A stretch of DNA of 64,000 bases from Eledone cirrhosa (lineage: Eukaryota). The stretch spans positions 17,980,001-18,044,000 of the forward strand of contig OZ024753.1 of the NCBI GenBank assembly GCA_964016885.1, in the 5' to 3' direction. The notes beneath the pieces are model-generated. The model was not told the DNA's origin and searched no databases. It worked only from the letters and a program-made list of their open reading frames with translations. Shown in pieces: positions 24,245 through 39,601 of this stretch (position 1 is the first letter of the stretch; each line of letters opens with the position of its first letter). The position numbers and the translations under genes are program-made.

Positions 24245-24835
24245 TAGACTCTGTGTTCAAACCATGCCACGGTCAACTTTGCCCTTCATTCCTCGATGTT
24301 GGGGAAAAGAAGGTAAAATAAATACCAGTTAACTGATGTGGACATTTAAATCGACCTCCCTCTTCCCTAAGTTTTCTGGTCTTGCACCTAAAGTAGAAAC
24401 AATTATTATAAGGGTTTGCGGATTGCCAGTTTCGGTAGAGGGTCGGACGCCATGCTTTGCAGCAAAGAGTTACGGCCCTTTACCGTCTGAGTTCAAATCC
24501 CGCCGAGGTTAACTTTGCCTTTCATCCTTACGGGGTCGATAAAATAAAGTACCAGTAATACACTGGGATAATTGATGTCCTTGTGCCAAAAGTAGAAACA
24601 AGTATTATAAGGGTGGCGGATTGGCAGAATTGGTAGAGCGTTGGATAAAATACCATTGCATTATTTGTTCTGACTCTTTAAATTCTGATTCCATATCCTG
24701 CCGAGATCAGCTTTGCCTGTTCTCCTTCCTGTGTCAATAAAATAACGTACAACCCAAGTTCTGAAAGCGGGGATCTTATCAACTGTGCACTTCACTCAAA
24801 TGTTTGGCCTTGTACCTAAATTAGAAATCAATATT
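24245..24835 (+). mobile_element. Head-to-tail cluster of three SINE copies (youngest 24411-24610)
   Basis: Family sequence repeated; TATTATAAGGGT duplicated around the middle copy. Confidence 0.85.
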
Positions 24836-26510
24836 GTATATTAATCGAAGATCATTGATACAAGATTTATTTTATTAAGCTGTGCCGTTATTCAATATAT
24901 TCCCATTTTTGGCACACAAAACTATAGTTATAAATATTCGAAATATTATCTAAACGTATTTAAATATTCTCTACTCGCATGTAAAGCTGCTTTCGCGACT
25001 TACTGATGTATGCAACATTTACAGGGATTATATTCTCATGACAAGATTATGTAAGAAGGCTATAAGAAAGGTAACTACTCCCGCTCCTCTGGTGCACACC
25101 ACGTGCTACTTACAGAATACTTCTCCAAGTATTTAATATTGTTTACTTCTACTATCATCTGTCAGTAGTTGATAGGTCATCATTCTTATGAATATTTAAT
25201 TTATAGCTACTTTTGAGTTGAACCATACTAAAGACTTGTCAATACTATGAGAGTATTGTACTTTAAAGTAAGACAAGCTTTGAAGCCTGGATCGAAAAGT
25301 TAATTTCCTCCATGAGAGTCTAAACAGAACGAATTGTATTTACTTCACAAATGACATTCAGAAATACGTAGGAAAGATAAATCCAGATTCAGCACACTTT
25401 TACATTTATATGCATGTGCCTAATTCAACAAATCATTCATGCAATAAACTATTCCCTATCTATAGGAAAATACACCCATTCAATACTGTAAGGTATTAAA
25501 TGTTTGTGAGACACGCAACACAGCTTGATATTTCATATATTCTTCGGTTTTAGCAACCGCGTTATTTTTTGGCCAATTCTCAATGTGTGAACATCTCCAT
25601 TTTATGTGATATAATTAGTTACGTATCAATTTTTGTGAATAACTAGACACCAACCAATAGATAATCATTAACCATTCAGTGAGAAACTATTATTGCATGA
25701 ATAATATATTTAGAAATTACATAACAGTGAACTCACTGTCTTCTAAGACAATTAACGTTTAATTGTATAATTGTCAACGTAAATCTAATTCTGGGATAAG
25801 AAACGAAGAAAATATAATAATGACCAATATTTGAGATTATTGTCTATGTCGAACACAAATTCTGCTAACTACGTTATAGCATTTTACTAATTTATACCAT
25901 ACAAGTCTTATGAATACTGAACAGAGATGTTACTCACATTAGCTGCTAAAGCAATTAAAGAAAGTTCTCTTAACTTGAAGCTGACTAATAGAAAGAAAAA
26001 GTTTACACATACACGTTGTTAATAAATTGAATTAGGTGTGCTATAACCATTACAAAGTCACACATTTTCTCTCTCCTTTTAAATGTTGTTAGTCTACTGA
26101 TAAAAGCTTGAGCGGGTCTGATGAAAGATACTTTTATTTTGGTCTTGTGAAATAACTGGTATTACCTCTCTGTATTGAGCTTTTGGAGGTACATAACATG
26201 TCTTATAGTTACAGGTCTCCAAATATGAAGAAATGACTATATAAACATATGAGAAAAATTAAGATATGAATGTCGACTAAAAGTTACTCTCTTGGAATGA
26301 AACATTGGAATGAAACATAACAGTTAATAATAAGAGGAGTTGAAATCAACGCATGCAAGATTTCACAGTTCTAGCATCATTTCTTCATAATAAGTCTATA
26401 AAAGTTTCCGTCGACCCTAGAACTATCCTGATTAAAGGTCATTTCAGCTTGTTCTTAAGAAATAAATGATATTGCAGTTTATCGAGCTTCTGGGATACAT
26501 AGAATATATC

Positions 26511-26695
26511 ATAATTGTTTCTACTTTTGGCACAAGGCCAGCAATTACCCAATACATTACTGGTACTTTATTTTATCGACCCCGTAAGGATGAAAGGCAA
26601 AGTTAACCTCGGCGGGATTTGAACTCAGACCGTAAAGGGACGTAACTATGCTGGAAAGCATGGCGTCCGACTCTCTACTGATATTGCCAATCCAC
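26511..26695 (-). mobile_element. tRNA-derived SINE, full length
   Basis: Family sequence with A and B boxes. Confidence 0.9.
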
Positions 26696-27204
26696 ATCAT
26701 AATGATAAATCACTGAATAGAAATAAAAATGTAATCATTTGAGAAGAATTAAGAGAAGTGAGCTTTCTAAAACAAAAAAAGGCTAAAATGATTTAAAAAA
26801 AACAAACATTGTGTGCGAATTTGTTTATGAAAATGAGGGGAAAAATGGAACTAATATAAAATATAAAATATGTTTCTTCAGTATGAGAACAATACTCAGC
26901 TGACCATGCCACGTGTTATGCTATACGATATGGTTCTTGTTAAGTGCACATTGATCAGGCTAAATTAAGTACATTGGAAATACATCTTACTATACGGACA
27001 TATATATGCATGCATGTATATACGCACACACATACATGCATGCTCAACACACAATCACATACAGAAACGCACACATATATATATGTGTGTGTGTGTGTGT
27101 ATGTGTATTTATATTTATATATATATATATATGGGATAACAAGTTATCGTTTTAGGTAATCCAGTTAGAGGTTTTGTACAGCCGATCATGTTATTCTTCT
27201 CTAC

Positions 27205-27617
<413 letters not shown>

Positions 27618-27710
27618 TAGAAGGGGTATTTAATTTGCTGGAAATACAACAAGTATAATTGTTTATAATTGTTCCAGATCACTCGACAGTTTCTGGAGTA
27701 AATATTCAAT

Positions 27711-28020
27711 AATAAATGGAAACTATATTTATAAAACCATATTTATTCTATTATATATATTTCAAGGGTACCAAAAAACTTTGGTACGCTTTCATCAGAT
27801 AAAATATAAAGAGTGTTTTATAAATGTTGACATAACCAAGGAAATCATACCTTATCAGTTGAAACATTCAACTGATAAAGTATGATTTCCTTGGCTATGT
27901 CAACATTTATTAAAACACTCTTTATACTTTATCTGATGAAAGCGTACCAAAGTTCTTTGGTATCCTTGAAATATATATAATAGAATAAATATGGTTTTAT
28001 ACATATAGTTTCCATTTATT
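27711..28020. repeat. Fold-back palindrome of an HHR-bearing pLTR
   Basis: Arms 27711-27863 and 27868-28020; HHR on each strand (27746-27804 -, 27928-27984 +). Confidence 0.9.
27928..27984 (+). ncRNA. Minimal HHR with palindromic stem III
   Basis: UUUAU-CUGAUGA-AAG..UACCAAAG UU CUUUGGUA..CUU-GAAA-UAUAUA-UA-AUAGA. Confidence 0.75.
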
Positions 28021-28473
28021 TAATATCATTGATTATATATATATATATATACATATATATACATAAATACATATAGTAAATGAGTGAAGAATAACATGGA
28101 GGGCGGTACAGTAGGGTTTATTTAAAGTATTAACAAATGTTTCATTAGTCAGGTGTGTCTAAAAGTCGCTGATTATAAAATGCTACATCACTCAATTTCA
28201 ATTGCAGAATAATGATTTGTGAACATGATACAGTGCTCTAGTATTTATAGATACATGAAAAATAACAAGAATAGAAGCAACAATAATAATAATAACATGA
28301 AAAAAGTGGTATGAAAAGATTATACGATATATATATAATGATTTCTCCCGAATGAAACAGTTCTAGTTCTGTAGAAGACATTTCTATATTAAATATTTAT
28401 ACTCTGGTATGTATTGAGTACCTTACTTACTGTGGTTACCCCTTATTGAACCCAGGACAAAAATACACACACA

Positions 28474-28511
<38 letters not shown>

Positions 28512-29005
28512 TATATATATAGATAGTAATAATAATAATATTTATACTAATATATATTTAATATACAATTATAAATATGGAGGGTAGTACTAAGTACTAG
28601 CCGGTTACCGGTAGGAGGAAAGACTCAGTGTAAATTATCAAGTGTTTTACAGAGCCGAAATACAATATATTAAAACAATCAAATCTTAATTTAATACATT
28701 TATTGACTCTTGCATTATATACCCTGAAGATTTCCTGATTTCCAATGCTATGATGTCTTATGTCTATCTTATGTTACGTCTTTTTTTACTTGTCCCTTTT
28801 CCACATGTATTACCTTTAACAATACCTTTTATACATAATATGTTTATTTTTTCACCATTGCTCCTTGTAATCGTGTTTTCTGAAGCATACTATTCCTTTT
28901 TCACTCTTCATTTTATATATGATGTCTATGATATTGACAACAATTATGTATCTACCTAAATGTTCTGAAGACTAGGATTTTAATCACCTGTTTAAACAGT
29001 CTCTA

Positions 29006-29052
29006 TGCTCCGATGAATCCATATATCCCTCTGGAAGAAACAATTGTCAGCA
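29006..29052 (+). ncRNA. Minimal HHR, U4C variant
   Basis: UGCU-CCGAUGA-A UCCA..UGGA A-GAAA-CAAUUG-UC-AGCA followed by AAUAAA. Confidence 0.65.
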
Positions 29053-29092
29053 AATAAATGTATTAAACTAAGATTTGATTGATTTAATATTT

Positions 29093-29139
<47 letters not shown>

Positions 29140-29184
29140 ATAATAATAAAATTGAAGACTAAAATCCATATATATTTATATATA

Positions 29185-29232
<48 letters not shown>

Positions 29233-29762
29233 AAAGAATAGAGGTGTAACACACAAGTTATTATATATTGGTAAACGGAATAGAAAATGCTGACAAATTG
29301 TTCACATTTGAAAAATGGTTTAATTAGGAATAAAAGAGTATTAGTGATTGTATGGGTTAGTATTCAGTTGTGGTTTTAAGTTTTTAAGTTTTTACCGGTT
29401 GCGCATTTCTAAATGCTTTTCAAAAATAATTTTGAGATAGAGTGTCCGTGCTGTTTGCTCTGATCTGATTAGTTTTGGGAATTCTACCTGTTTTTATGTT
29501 AAAAAAGTGGCTCCAGCGTTATTTTTGTGTTGCAAAAATGCTTGTGGTCAAAACAATTTTGATTGGTCGGTAGAGGTCATGTGAATGTAAAAAGTTGATT
29601 TTGCGCCAAGACTGTTTTTATGTTAAAATGTTAAAAAAGTGGCTCGAGCAAAAATTATTGGTCAAAACAATTTTGATTGGTCGGTAGAGGTCATGTGGAT
29701 AAAAAATTGGTTTTGCGCCAAGATTGAGAAATGACTCTTTCACAACAAATATGTGTGTGTGT

Positions 29763-29813
<51 letters not shown>

Positions 29814-29903
29814 TGTGTGTGTGTGTGTGTGTAGTAGTAGTAGTAAGGTGTTCGATGCTGCGACAATGGCCAGCAGCGATGTGTGTCAAATGGCTATTAA
29901 GAT

Positions 29904-29992
<89 letters not shown>

Positions 29993-30030
29993 AGTCTCTT
30001 TGTATGTTGACGTACGCGTGTGTATGTGTT

Positions 30031-30069
<39 letters not shown>

Positions 30070-30390
30070 ACCAGTATTTTTTTTCCCCTGGTAAAATGGT
30101 GTACATTATTCGATTTTTTCAGTAAAATCGGTTCTCTTAATAGAACATCAACAATCTTAACAATAAAAGGTGTGAAATGATATTCACTATATATATATAC
30201 ACACATACACACATTCACTACATATATATATATATATATATACATATATACATACATATATATGCACATATATTTTTTTGTATTGCACCATAGAGCATGT
30301 GTGTTTACGTGTGTCATTGTGTTTATATGTGGGTAGAGATGTGTGCTGATGTAGGTATGTATGTTGACGTGTGTATGTTGTGGGTTCGTC

Positions 30391-32647
30391 TTAGGGAGAA
30401 GTGTTTAGACGGGGTCCGTATTTGTTAATGAAGTAAGATTCCTTGCTGATGCGCTGGGTGTGGGTGGCATTATCTTTAAATTTGTAGAGGGGAAAGGTTC
30501 TGAAGTTGGGATGATTTTGGGCGGCACAGGTATCAATGTGTTCACTCAGTGGTATTTTCCTGTATTCCCGTATTTTAATTTGGGATCTATGGACAGTCAT
30601 GCGTTGGCGGAGGCTGTCTTTGGTCGGGCCTATGTATTGTTCTCGACAACCTGAACAAGTTAATACATATATTAGATTTTCCGATGCACATGTGAAATTG
30701 TGTTTTACTATAAAACGTTGTCCATCTTTGAAATAGAATTCCGAACCCTCTATTAGGTTGATGCAAATGCCACAGTTGGGTCTATCGCATTTTTTTTACT
30801 GTGGGTTTCGTTGTTGTGGTTGGCAGTACTTTGGCATGTGTTAAGATGTTTTTCAATGACTTGGATTGTCTTTTGCTCTTTATGATATCGTGTGTTCGTA
30901 GAATTTGGTTCATTCTATGGTCCTTTTTCAATACAGGGATGTTCTGGAGGATGGTGTCAAAGGCCTCATTGTTGAGGGGGTTGTGTGTGGAGATGTATGG
31001 AAGAGCTTTTAGTTTTGGTTGATTTACTTTATGGTGTCTAAGGTCCTGGGTACTGAGTTTTAGGGCACGTTGGATTCCATTGTCAATTAGTGATGCAGGG
31101 TAGTCCCTGCCTATGAGTGTGTCCTTTAGTTCTTGTAGCCGTAAGTAGCAGATGTTTTTATTGGAGACTATAGTACAGATTCTCTTGGCTAAGTTGTAGG
31201 GAATATTATTTTTAACGTGTCTAGGGTGGCAAGAGTTGAAGGGGAGGTATTGCTTGGAGTCTGTGGGCTTGTAGTATATGTCTGTTTCTACTTTTTTGTT
31301 ATGGATCTTAATGAGGATGTCGAGGAAGGGGAGTTGTTGATGGCTGTATTCCATCGTGAAGTTAATATTTGTGTTGAGCCCATTTATAAGGGTGTGAAAT
31401 TCTTTAAGTTTTTCGATGTTTTCGTGCCAAAGGATGAAGCAGTCATCTAGATATCGCTTCCAGTTCCTTTCAATGTGTAAGTGGAGGGTGTTTCCAAATT
31501 TGTTTAGGACTTTAGTGTAGAGGGTGATTTCCAGGTATCCCATGACTAGGTTGGCATAAGTAGGGGCTGTTTTCGTTCCCATAGCGGTCCCAGATTTCTG
31601 CCTGTAGGGTTTGTTATTGAAAACGAAGTAATTGTTCTCCAAGATAAATTTGAGTCCCTCTATCACGAATTCTTTTTTGATGCGTTGTGGGAGTTCATTG
31701 TGGAAATTATCCAGCCAGAATTGGATAGCTTCTATTCCTAGATTGTGGGGGATGTTGGAGTATAGGTTGACTACATCAAACGTCACTAGTAGGGTTTGTT
31801 CAGAAAGTGGCATATTAGGGAGGTGATTGAGCATATCTAGGTCGTCTCTTATATAGCTTTTGATGTGCTTGAGGAAGGGTTTGAGAAGGGTATCAATGAA
31901 GTTGCTAAGACGGTGCGTTTCGCAAGCGGGGCCTGCTATTATAGGTCTTAATTTGAGATCATTGGGTGAGGGGACATTGATGACTATGTCTGTGGCTTCC
32001 TTGCATGCCTTACTGATTGATTCGCTTTTATGTACTTTAGGGATACCGTAGAAAAGGCTGGATTTACTTGTGAAGTCTGTGATGAAGCTGAATTCCTTGT
32101 TAGTGAGTCCTTCTTTGTATTGGTTGATTAGAGTTTTTAGGTTTCTCATAATTTTCTGTTGATTTTAGTGTTCAGCCTTTTCGTAGTATGTTTCGTTTTC
32201 CAAAGTGGAGAGCGCTAAGTTGATATCGAATTCTGTCTCCATTAGGACTACTGTACTCCCTTTATCAGCCTCTTTAATTGTAATGGTTCTGTCGGTTTTT
32301 AATCTATTTAATTCTTCCCATTCTTTCTTGTTGAGGTTTGGCTTGTGTTTTTGTCTGTGCAAGTGTTGGTAAGGGAAGTTTGTGATGTGTTCACAGAATT
32401 CGTCCAGGATTTTATTTTTACCTTTTGAAGGGGTGTAATTGCTTCTATTTCTGGCTAATGATTCATCCTCATTGTACTGGTCGAATAGTTGTTCACTAAG
32501 TCGTAACTTTCTACAGAAGTCTGTGATGTCTTCCTTCATTTCATAGTAGTTAGGACGTAGTGGGGTCGGTGTGAATTTAAGACCTTTGGAGAGTAAGTTG
32601 ATAAGGTTGGGTGTTGGTTCTGCACTAGTAAGACCTCTACCGACCAA
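30391..32647 (-). pseudogene. PLE RT-GIY-YIG polyprotein, frameshifted
   Basis: LSKGLKFTPTP, IKEADKG, FYGIPKVHK, RPII, TFDVVNLYSNIP, GTAMGT, RYLDDCF, Cys-rich linker, LIYVLTCSGCREQYIGPT..RMTVH, ESYFI..LN. Confidence 0.95.
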
Positions 32648-32783
32648 TCAAAATTGCTTTGACCACAAGCATTCTTGCAACACAAAAATAACGCTGGAGC
32701 CACTTTTTTAACATAAAAACAGGTAGAATTCCAAAAACTAATCAGATCAGAGCAAACAGCACGGACACTCTATCTCAAAATTA

Positions 32784-32821
32784 TTTTTGAAAAGCATTTA
32801 GAAATGCGCAACCGGTAAAAA
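32784..32821 (+). ncRNA. Variant minimal HHR in pLTR (U3-A8, GCAA); mirror copy 29389-29426 (-)
   Basis: UUU-UUGAAAA-GCAUU UAGA AAUGC-GCAA-CCGG-UA-AAA, identical in both pLTRs. Confidence 0.6.
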
Positions 32822-32938
32822 CTTAAAAACTTAAAACCACAACTGAACACTAACCCATACAATCACTAATACTCTTTTATTCCTAATTAAACCATTTTTC
32901 AACTGTGAACAATTTGTCAGCATTTTCTATTCCGTTTA

Positions 32939-34235
<1,297 letters not shown>

Positions 34236-34956
34236 CAGTAAATTTGTATTCCAATGTTACTAAGTAATTATATTGGATGGAGTCAACCGACGTCGGAGAT
34301 TGCTCAACGTATAATAAAGTGTGTTTTAAAATCCGGAGAAAAGGTTATGAAACGGAAATGTGGGTATAAAGAATTTATTAGGTAACAATTGTTTCTATAG
34401 TGTATGGGTTACCTATACCTCGCTATTTGAATAATATAAAAATATTATCATAAATCGGAGGTACACGGTAAGCAAACACAGCATGTCGTCAGACCCTCTG
34501 TATTGGAATGATATGAAAATATGTTATACACTAGATAAAAGAGAAAGAAGGAGGTAGGAAGAGAAGGGGAAGAGGGAAGTGAGTAAGGGGGAGGGAGTCC
34601 TAGGATTTGAGACTGTCAGGCTAGTAGAGATTGTAAGGAGAGAATGTTTTGGCAGCAGTTAGCTTAATGAGGCGTGTTAGGGTTGGCGGGGGAGGTAAAT
34701 TCTTCTAGTGGTGTTGTTTGGACAAAATTTAGTTAAAGGGGTCAAAGTGGTACAGAGTTACAGACAAGTTATTGGGGCTATTATAGTAGCAGGTTATTTC
34801 TAAAGTGTTTAGTACTGAAATTCCAAAGTCATACAGACTTTGGAATTTCAGAGCGGCAATATAAAAATACATAAAGATAGCTTAAACGTCCCGAAACGTG
34901 TAAAATAAATAAATATATAAATAAATATATACATGTGTTATGTAATATATATCAAA

Positions 34957-35115
34957 CGTGACACAGAATATGACAAGGCTCGCCCTATTAGAGATATAAC
35001 TCATATTTTGCCAGCTGGGTGGACATGAATAATAAAGTGTCTTGCTGAAAAACACAACACACCGCCGAGATTCGAACTCCCAGGCTGACGCTCATAAGCT
35101 GAATACGCTAACCAC
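34957..35115 (-). mobile_element. tRNA-derived CORE-type SINE
   Basis: Reverse complement has GTGGTTAGCG..GAGTTCGAATCTC then TCAGCAAGACACTTTA. Confidence 0.65.
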
Positions 35116-35521
35116 AATATTACTCACCCGCACCATCAGTAAAACAACTACTATAGAGACATTGTGTAAAGGGAATTTTGTTTCTGGCATATAGATCAAA
35201 TATTTTAATGCAATAATAAAATGCTGTCGAAATGGTGTTTTACGTAACAGGGACGTTAAATTAAGTCGCCGAGAAAGATAATTTATTCATTCCTTTCGAC
35301 AATCGTCTAAGTGCTTAGAGTACACTTGAGAAAGAATTTCGGTAAAACCAAATTTTATTATTACATTATCTCAATCTCATCGAGTTAAGTGCAGGTATTT
35401 CCAATTTTCAAGATATATCAATTTTTTATCGACACCAAATGGATGAATTCTTCAAAATCCACGTGGTTTAATAAGGATGTATGATACCTGACTAATTATT
35501 AAAATATGAATTTTCCTTGAT

Positions 35522-35565
<44 letters not shown>

Positions 35566-35566
35566 C

Positions 35567-35647
<81 letters not shown>

Positions 35648-35659
35648 ACTGTGTTCATG

Positions 35660-36195
35660 TACGAGATGATAAAATCTCCAACGCCGACATCCTAACCAAA
35701 TATAACGTTGGGGGAATTGAATCTTTCCTTATGCAATCTTAGCTTCGTTGGGCTGGCCATATCATCCGCATGAGTGACAATAGAATTCCAAAAGTCCTCC
35801 TGTATGGTCAGCTTAGCAGCGGCAACAGGTAGGTTGGTAGCCCATGGCTAAAATATAAGGATAAGTTGAAATCAAATCTCACTGCTCCTGCAATCCCTTT
35901 CCGTGATTGCGAACAAATTGCTGCTGACAGAAAAGACTGGAGAGAAAGTGCCATAGTGCCATCAAGAACTTTGAATCCAGTGGCATAGATAAATTGCGTG
36001 TTGACCGAACAGGGACAAAGCAACGGACCTTGATACCTTCAAGACTCTCCATAAACTCTTGCTGTTGTGCTCTATATGGCTGGTCTGTGGGTCGCTGGTG
36101 GGATTGAAATGCAACATGAGACACGGCCATCCAGAGAGCTGAACTTTTGTTCGACACTCATACTTCGGATATCGACGGGAGAGTCCATCATACAC
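35660..36195 (+). mobile_element. RTE LINE 3' fragment
   Basis: LRWAGHIIRMSDNRIPKVLLYGQL..KYKDKLK..DRKDWR; short 3' UTR and CAT-type tail. Confidence 0.85.
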
Positions 36196-36821
36196 ATAAT
36201 AATGATAGTGAGTAAAATCGAAGTTGCAACTAATGCAGCATTTCTCGAAAATAATAAAAATATTAATGGTGTGACCAATTGAAAACTGTGGCTAGGTAAA
36301 AAAAGAGTGGCACAACAGCCATTACAACAGCAACAATACAAACAGGCTAATACGAACCTCAACCTAGTCGATAAAATATCTTCGATTGGTTTCTGTGAAA
36401 TCTATATCAACAATAAAAATTACGCAATGCGCATGTCTTTACTGATCGAGCGTGGAATCACTTTACCAACATAAATATATATATATATATATGTATATAC
36501 ACATATACATATACATATATATTTAAGTAAATAAGGTATCGTTTAGGGCAATCCACGTAGAGGTTATGAGTGCTCTGTACCGTGGAGGATTGTAACGTTA
36601 GGCGTTGTTTGTCTCAAGATGTCTACTTAGTTGTGGTTTTCAGGTGAGCAATTCCAGACAGTTCCTAGGTAAGGGTTTACTGGAGTATTAATAAAAAGGA
36701 GTGAAGAATAATGGGTCAGCTACTTAGACCCTCCGGACCAATGAAACATTTGTTAATACTTGGAATAAACACTACCGTTTAGCTGATCCATGGTATTCTT
36801 CACCCCTATGTATACACACAC

Positions 36822-36855
<34 letters not shown>

Positions 36856-36871
36856 GTTATATATATATATA

Positions 36872-37394
36872 TGATGGCTGCAAACTCTGCTTAGAGTGTT
36901 GTATTCGCTTGTCAGATTACAGAAAACCGTGCACTTTTAGGCTACGGCCAGCCACATGAACCTGTAACAGTTCCTGATCAAGCAATGCCTGTGCTTTGAA
37001 GGTGTTTTTATGTGGGGTAAAGGCCTTGCACTCGACCTATCACACTCTCTGAGCATCGAAAACACTATCCAAAAAGGAGTACTAGTCAACATCATCGGAT
37101 GCCTTCGAAGCCGCAGGTTTTTTTTTCAGAGTTTCCCTCTCCTAGGAAGGTGTTGGGACAACAACTGGGAGCCTTTCAGTCCCAGGTAAAAAAAAAGACT
37201 ATATGGATGGCCGTTGACTCTGCTGAGTTCGTCCACCCTTTGCCGGGTCTTGCAATTCATCCCGCAGGGTGTCCAAATACCACCTCCTCACCAAGAAAGC
37301 TTGGTGGGTTTGCCGGTTTAGTCACCGACGGCCCGACCATGACACAGATTATACTGGGTTAAATGTTGCCAGTAGCACTCGAGAGCGACCTGAC
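36872..37394 (-). mobile_element. Non-autonomous RTE-related element (5' UTR-like, tail GCCATCAT)
   Basis: GC-richer island between microsatellites; AGGAGAGGGAAACTCTGA motif resembling RTE 5' UTRs (from recall); 5' end similar to 62138-62205. Confidence 0.5.
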
Positions 37395-37634
37395 ACACAC
37401 GCACACACACACTCACACTCACGCACACGCACACACACGCATACACACACAAATATATATATACATATATTTAAATGCACACTACCAGTCATCGCAATCA
37501 TCATATATATATTAGATATCATAATGCAGATAAGTATATATATGGTGATGTTGATGATGAGGAATATGATGATGACTGGGATAAATGTATAATGGATATC
37601 TCAGTTGAACTCATCCGTAGTTTGTGTTCAAATC

Positions 37635-38237
37635 ATATTTAGCTTCGTCTGTTCAACTGATATTTAGCTTGATCTGTTCAACTGATATTTAGCTTGATCT
37701 GTTCAACTGATATTTAGCTTGATCTGTTCAACTGGATATTTAACTTGATCTGTTCAACTGGATATTTAACCTGATCTGTACATCTGGATATTTAACCTGA
37801 TCTGTACATCTGGATATTTAACTTGATCTGTACAACGTGATATTTAGCTTGATCTATACAACTGGATATTTAGCTTGATCTGTTCAACTGGATATTTAAC
37901 TTGATCTGTACAACGTGATATTTAGCTTGATCTATACAACTGGATATTTAGCTTGATCTGTTCAACTGGATATTTAACTTGATCTGTTCAACTGGATATT
38001 TAACCTGATCTGTACATCTGGATATTTAACTTGATCTGTTCAACTGGATATTTAACTTGATCTGTACAACGTGATATTTAGCTTGATCTATACAACTGGA
38101 TATTTAGCTTGATCTGTTCAACTGGATATTTAGCTTGATCTGTTCAACTGGATATTTAACTTGATCTGTTCAACTGGATATTTAGGTTGATCTGTTCATC
38201 TAGATTGTTAGCTTGATTCCTTCAACTGAATATTTAA
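37635..38237 (+). repeat. 23-24 bp minisatellite (GATATTTAGCTTGATCTGTTCAACTG-like), ~25 units
   Basis: Direct inspection; variant units recur in blocks. Confidence 0.95.
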
Positions 38238-38870
38238 TGACCCTGTTAATGACCCTGCGAAAGGTATCCGCCAAAGAATATATTCTGATAATTTTAAAGA
38301 TAAGTTTATCACGTGTCATTCTATAATTCTCAACACGATGATAGAAGCATGTGACTTCGTTTCACCCATGATGCCGAAAGACTATTAACAACAAGGAGAC
38401 ACAGGATCACAGGAGCGCACATACATATATGTGTGCGGGCACCGACACCGAAACACATGCTCTCACGCTGGTATATTCTCAATGGAATGCACACATGTGA
38501 CCTGAAAGATATAATAGATTGATAATGAATATGATATATGAAATATCTATATATATTTTTTCCCATGAGTAATTCAGGTACTGCATTGCACTCTATTAAT
38601 CTAATTGTTTCTTATTTCACATACGCAGTTCACCTTTACGAATGGAAAGGTATTTTCTATTAATTTATCTTCTTTTAAGGTGAATTACCGATATGTAATC
38701 GTTATTAGAATTTGAATTTCACAATGCCCTTAATTGCAATTGTTGGTTTTTAATGTGTATTAATGTGTATATATATGTTATATTAATGTGTAAATATAAT
38801 GTGTATATATATGTTATATTAATGTGTAAATATAATATGTATATATATGTTATTAATGTATATATATATA

Positions 38871-38994
<124 letters not shown>

Positions 38995-39100
38995 TATAGG
39001 TATAATAGTGGAACACTGGCAAGTTATATCTGTAGTAGTAGTGCACTCTGTCAATGGGATGAGTTCGGTAGAAGTAGTTCCATAACAGTTAGTTCCCCAT

Positions 39101-39143
39101 ACCGAGCTTAAGATCCGCATAAGGTGAAACATTTGTTCTCGGT
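39101..39143 (+). ncRNA. Variant minimal HHR (CUUAAGA core)
   Basis: ACCGAG-CUUAAGA-U CC..GG U-GAAA-CAUUUG-UU-CUCGGU; homolog at 46898-46938 (-). Confidence 0.55.
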
Positions 39144-39170
39144 AGGGTGAACTAATTGTTGTGGAACTAC

Positions 39171-39199
<29 letters not shown>

Positions 39200-39202
<3 letters not shown>

Positions 39203-39408
39203 TATAAGAACAGATTAAAGTTTAAGCAAAGAATCGGTGTTTTCACCCTTAACAGAAGATCCCGTTAAGGGTGAAAGCAGCGATTCTTTGCTTAAACTTT
39301 AATCTGTTCTTATAACAAATATTTGCTGTACGGGTTTATATATATATTTATATGAATATAATCGTCAGCAATCCCTCTTCGGATTTTAGCCTTCACATTT
39401 ATTATTAG

Positions 39409-39410
<2 letters not shown>
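39200..39410 (+). mobile_element. PLE pLTR fragment with fold-back 5' end
   Basis: Palindrome 39200-39317; same family as 9172-9412. Confidence 0.7.
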
Positions 39411-39453
<43 letters not shown>

Positions 39454-39558
39454 TTAATGGTAGCTAAGATGCTTGCATAGGCGGTATGCCGGTCGAGTAC
39501 TCTATGCTCTTACAGAGCAGAGTATGATAGAATAGATAACGAAAAATCAGTGATGATC

Positions 39559-39601
<43 letters not shown>

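Noticed and set aside
37635-38237. Possible CRISPR array
   Set aside because: Units abut with no unique spacers; eukaryotic context, no cas genes
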